Source: a virus. Taken from it: a stretch of DNA of 60,938 bases. Shown here one piece after another: positions 58,752 to 60,938 of the stretch. The number at the start of each line of letters is the position of its first letter. The first letter of the stretch is position 1. The notes below the pieces were generated by a model. That model was not told the DNA's origin. It saw only the letters and a list, made by a program, of their open reading frames with translations, and searched no databases. The DNA lies in IMG/VR virus record IMGVR_UViG_3300025577_000002; one strand, 5' to 3'. The position numbers and the translations under genes are program-made.

Positions 58752-60938
58752 ATGACAACAGAATACACACCAATTCTTAAACTCGCCCTTCCCGTTGAAG
58801 GAGAGTTAAGTGGTACATGGGGTGATGTAGTCAACGACAATATCACTTCGATGGTCGAACAAGCAGTAGCAGGCCGTGCGGTTATTGACTCGTGGGTGGC
58901 TAACTCTCATGTGCTCACGACTGCGGACGGCATAACGGCTGAATCCCGCTGCGCGATGTTAGAGTTCACTGACAGTGGAACCTCGCTAAGCGCCGACGGT
59001 ACCGTAGTCTGCCCTACACTGTCCAAGATGTATATCGCCAAGAACAGCACCGGTAATGCTCGCAACATAACCCTAACAACAGCTGCTGGTACTGGTGTGT
59101 CTATTCCGCAAGGCAGAGCTATGCTTTTGTTTTGTGATGGCACAAACGTCGTAGAAGCGGTCACAAACATCAACTCTTTGACTGTTGGGGGCTACACAGT
59201 CGCGCTCACAGGCGCAGTGACTACTGCTGGTGCCTTGACTACTGTTGGTGCGAACGCGCTGACACTGACTACCACTGGCGCTACTAACGTAACATTCCCA
59301 ACCACAGGTACACTTGCTACCTTGGCGGGTACAGAGACGTTATCGAATAAAACACTGGTGTCTCCTAGCATTACAGACCCAACCCTTTCTGGGGACATTT
59401 CAGCCGCTAACGTTACTGTATCTGGCAACACTGTAATCGGTGACGCCGCTGCTGACACCCTTACAATCAATGCTACTACAACTTCGGACTTACTGTTTAC
59501 CGACGATACTTACGATATTGGCAAAACAGGGGCTACTCGCCCTCGTGATGTTTTCGCGTCTCGCAACGCAGAATTAGGTGGCACCCTAGGTGTTACTGGC
59601 AACACTACCTTGAGCGGTACCGCTGAGGTAACCGGTGATTTTGCGGTAAATACCAATAAAGTAAATGTTACCGCAGCCAGTGGTAATACGACAATCGCAG
59701 GTACACTCGGCGTAACCGGTGCGACTACCGCTACTGGTGGCCTGAACGTAGATACAATTAGTGAGATTACCGCAGGCTCCGGCGTAACTATTGACAGCGT
59801 TTTGCTTAAAGACGACGTCGTTAACGCCACGGACATTGAAACATCCACTATCTCAGCTAATGACGGCACGCTTGCAATCAACATCGCAAACACTACGGGC
59901 GCTGTGGACATTGACACCTCGCTGAACGTGGACGGCACCGTTACGGCGGATGGCTTGACGGTTGACGGTAACGCTACTGTTTCTGGCGATATCGGGATTG
60001 GCACGAGTTCTCCAAACGGCAGACTCGGAGTAACAGGTGGAACAACTAACGCATCTACGTTACTTACTGCTTATGATAACGCCGCTGTTACAATCGTCCC
60101 AAAAAGTACTTCGGGGTATTCTCTTGCTATTGGTAGCGGCCCAAGCGACTTCCCATATTTGCAAATGTCGTCTTCCGGCACAGCTCCGAACGCTTTAAAT
60201 TTAAACCCTTATGGCGGCAATGTCGGGATTGGCACGACTTCACCGATTGATAACTTAAATATTTACGACTCCGATAATAACGTTGGCTTACAGCTTCAAA
60301 CAGCCACAACAGGAACCACTAGTGGTGACGGGTTCAGGGTAGGTATAAATAATGCTGAAGCATTTCTATGGCAGTATGAATCACTACCTTTAACATTTGC
60401 GACATCTGGATCGGAGCGTATGCGAATCGACAGCTCGGGCAATGTCGGGATTGGCACGAGTTCTCCGAGTGACAAACTAACCTTGTCTGGTGGCCAAATG
60501 CGCATGTCTGACAATTACGGTATCCGCTGGGGAGATGCAAGTGCAGGTATTTATGGAAGCGGCGCAGATGAGAATTTGAGGTTGGTTACTTCCGGGCTAG
60601 AACGCATGCGAATCGACAGCGCGGGCAATGTCGGGATCGGCACGAGTTCGCCAACCAGCCAGCTTTCTTTGTCGGAAGAGACTGCAAATACTACAACACA
60701 GTCGGACCAAATAAGGGTGCAAGCAGGCAGCTCTGGCACTACTGGCGTAGGATTCGGCAGCAACATTTACTTTGTAGGCGAGCGGAACGACGGAAACGCG
60801 CAGGCAATGGGGCGAATTGGTTTCGCTGCAAGTACAAATTCGGGTTCCAACCTTTCATCAGACTTCATCGTGCAGACCGCATCATCAGGTACTCCAGCAG
60901 AACGTATGCGAATCGACAGCTCGGGCAATGTCGGGATT
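58752..60938 (+). CDS. tail fibre protein, N-terminal part (729 codons in window; continues in frame at nt 2; full protein about 1115 aa)
   Basis: It is absent from the ORF track because there is no stop before the window end. Hand translation from ATG 58752 gives MTTEYTPILKLALPVEGELSGTWGDVVNDNITSMVEQAVAG... and stays open to 60938. It contains repeated GNVGIGT(S/T)SP / ERMRIDS(S/A)GNVGIG motifs typical of phage fibre shafts. Confidence 0.85.
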   Translation, partial: MTTEYTPILKLALPVEGELSGTWGDVVNDNITSMVEQAVAGRAVIDSWVANSHVLTTADGITAESRCAMLEFTDSGTSLSADGTVVCPTLSKMYIAKNSTGNARNITLTTAAGTGVSIPQGRAMLLFCDGTNVVEAVTNINSLTVGGYTVALTGAVTTAGALTTVGANALTLTTTGATNVTFPTTGTLATLAGTETLSNKTLVSPSITDPTLSGDISAANVTVSGNTVIGDAAADTLTINATTTSDLLFTDDTYDIGKTGATRPRDVFASRNAELGGTLGVTGNTTLSGTAEVTGDFAVNTNKVNVTAASGNTTIAGTLGVTGATTATGGLNVDTISEITAGSGVTIDSVLLKDDVVNATDIETSTISANDGTLAINIANTTGAVDIDTSLNVDGTVTADGLTVDGNATVSGDIGIGTSSPNGRLGVTGGTTNASTLLTAYDNAAVTIVPKSTSGYSLAIGSGPSDFPYLQMSSSGTAPNALNLNPYGGNVGIGTTSPIDNLNIYDSDNNVGLQLQTATTGTTSGDGFRVGINNAEAFLWQYESLPLTFATSGSERMRIDSSGNVGIGTSSPSDKLTLSGGQMRMSDNYGIRWGDASAGIYGSGADENLRLVTSGLERMRIDSAGNVGIGTSSPTSQLSLSEETANTTTQSDQIRVQAGSSGTTGVGFGSNIYFVGERNDGNAQAMGRIGFAASTNSGSNLSSDFIVQTASSGTPAERMRIDSSGNVGI
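60417..60470 (+). repeat. 54-bp perfect intragenic repeat of tail fibre (copy 2)
   Basis: Identical to 92-145. It encodes RMRIDSSGNVGIGTSSPS. Confidence 0.9.
60812..60938. repeat. terminal overlap copy B (identical to 1-127)
   Basis: Same 127 nt as the window start. The tail-fibre reading frame is continuous across the junction (60813 and nt 2 are both codon starts). Confidence 0.9.

Noticed and set aside
58208-60004. Minus-strand ORFs 58208-58678, 58907-59173, 59192-59470 and 59510-60004 could be genes, given that the track shows no plus-strand ORF there.
   Set aside because: The plus-strand tail-fibre ORF is missing from the track only because it has no stop before the window end. The minus-strand ORFs are V/T/A/S-rich shadows of the repetitive fibre genes.

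Overview
The window is one complete, circularly closed dsDNA tailed-phage genome. Unit length is 60,811 bp; nt 1-127 are repeated verbatim at 60812-60938, so the window is one genome plus a 127-nt overlap. Coding density is very high. Genes form two arms that diverge at about 45.5-45.9 kb and converge at about 24.75 kb. (1) The minus-strand early/replication arm runs from 45462 down to 24781. It holds two sigma70-like promoters, a small lipoprotein, a DUF3150-like/MoxR(CobS-like) AAA+/VWA-HExxH cluster and dUTPase. It also holds a small XRE-type HTH, a pentapeptide-repeat protein, several zinc-ribbon mini-proteins, VRR-NUC, DUF3310, family-A DNA polymerase and a Cas4-like PD-(D/E)XK nuclease. 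The rest of the arm is an SNF2 helicase, an Xis/MerR-like HTH, an SSB-like protein, a prim-pol/D5-type primase-helicase and a transcriptionally isolated HTH-metallophosphoesterase fusion. (2) The plus-strand late arm runs from 45867 through the window end/start to 24735. It encodes TerS-like, TerL, portal, scaffold-like and capsid proteins with a strong terminator after the major capsid gene, then connector/tail proteins. A 1115-aa tail fibre spans the window junction and carries an S74 chaperone domain. A lysis cassette follows (small TM proteins plus an M15 peptidase), then two tail/receptor-binding-like proteins. Next comes an unexpected ACP + ketosynthase + orphan-gene cassette. It is followed by a 16.5-kb block of internal/ejection-type proteins that includes 2143-aa and 2235-aa giants. 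No tRNA, rRNA, CRISPR array, integrase, transposase or phage RNA polymerase was recognised. With no tape-measure, tube or sheath genes, the layout fits a short-tailed (podovirus-like) virulent phage of a Gram-negative host. The strongest leads are: (a) the ACP-KS cassette translationally chained to the virion giant protein; (b) nine perfect copies of the 17-bp palindrome GTTAGTG-N3-CACTAAC punctuating the early arm; (c) the MoxR/VWA/DUF3150-like early operon; (d) the HTH-metallophosphoesterase and pentapeptide-repeat genes; (e) an approximately 770-bp non-coding region with iteron-like repeats. All family assignments come from motifs read by eye, and no database search was run.
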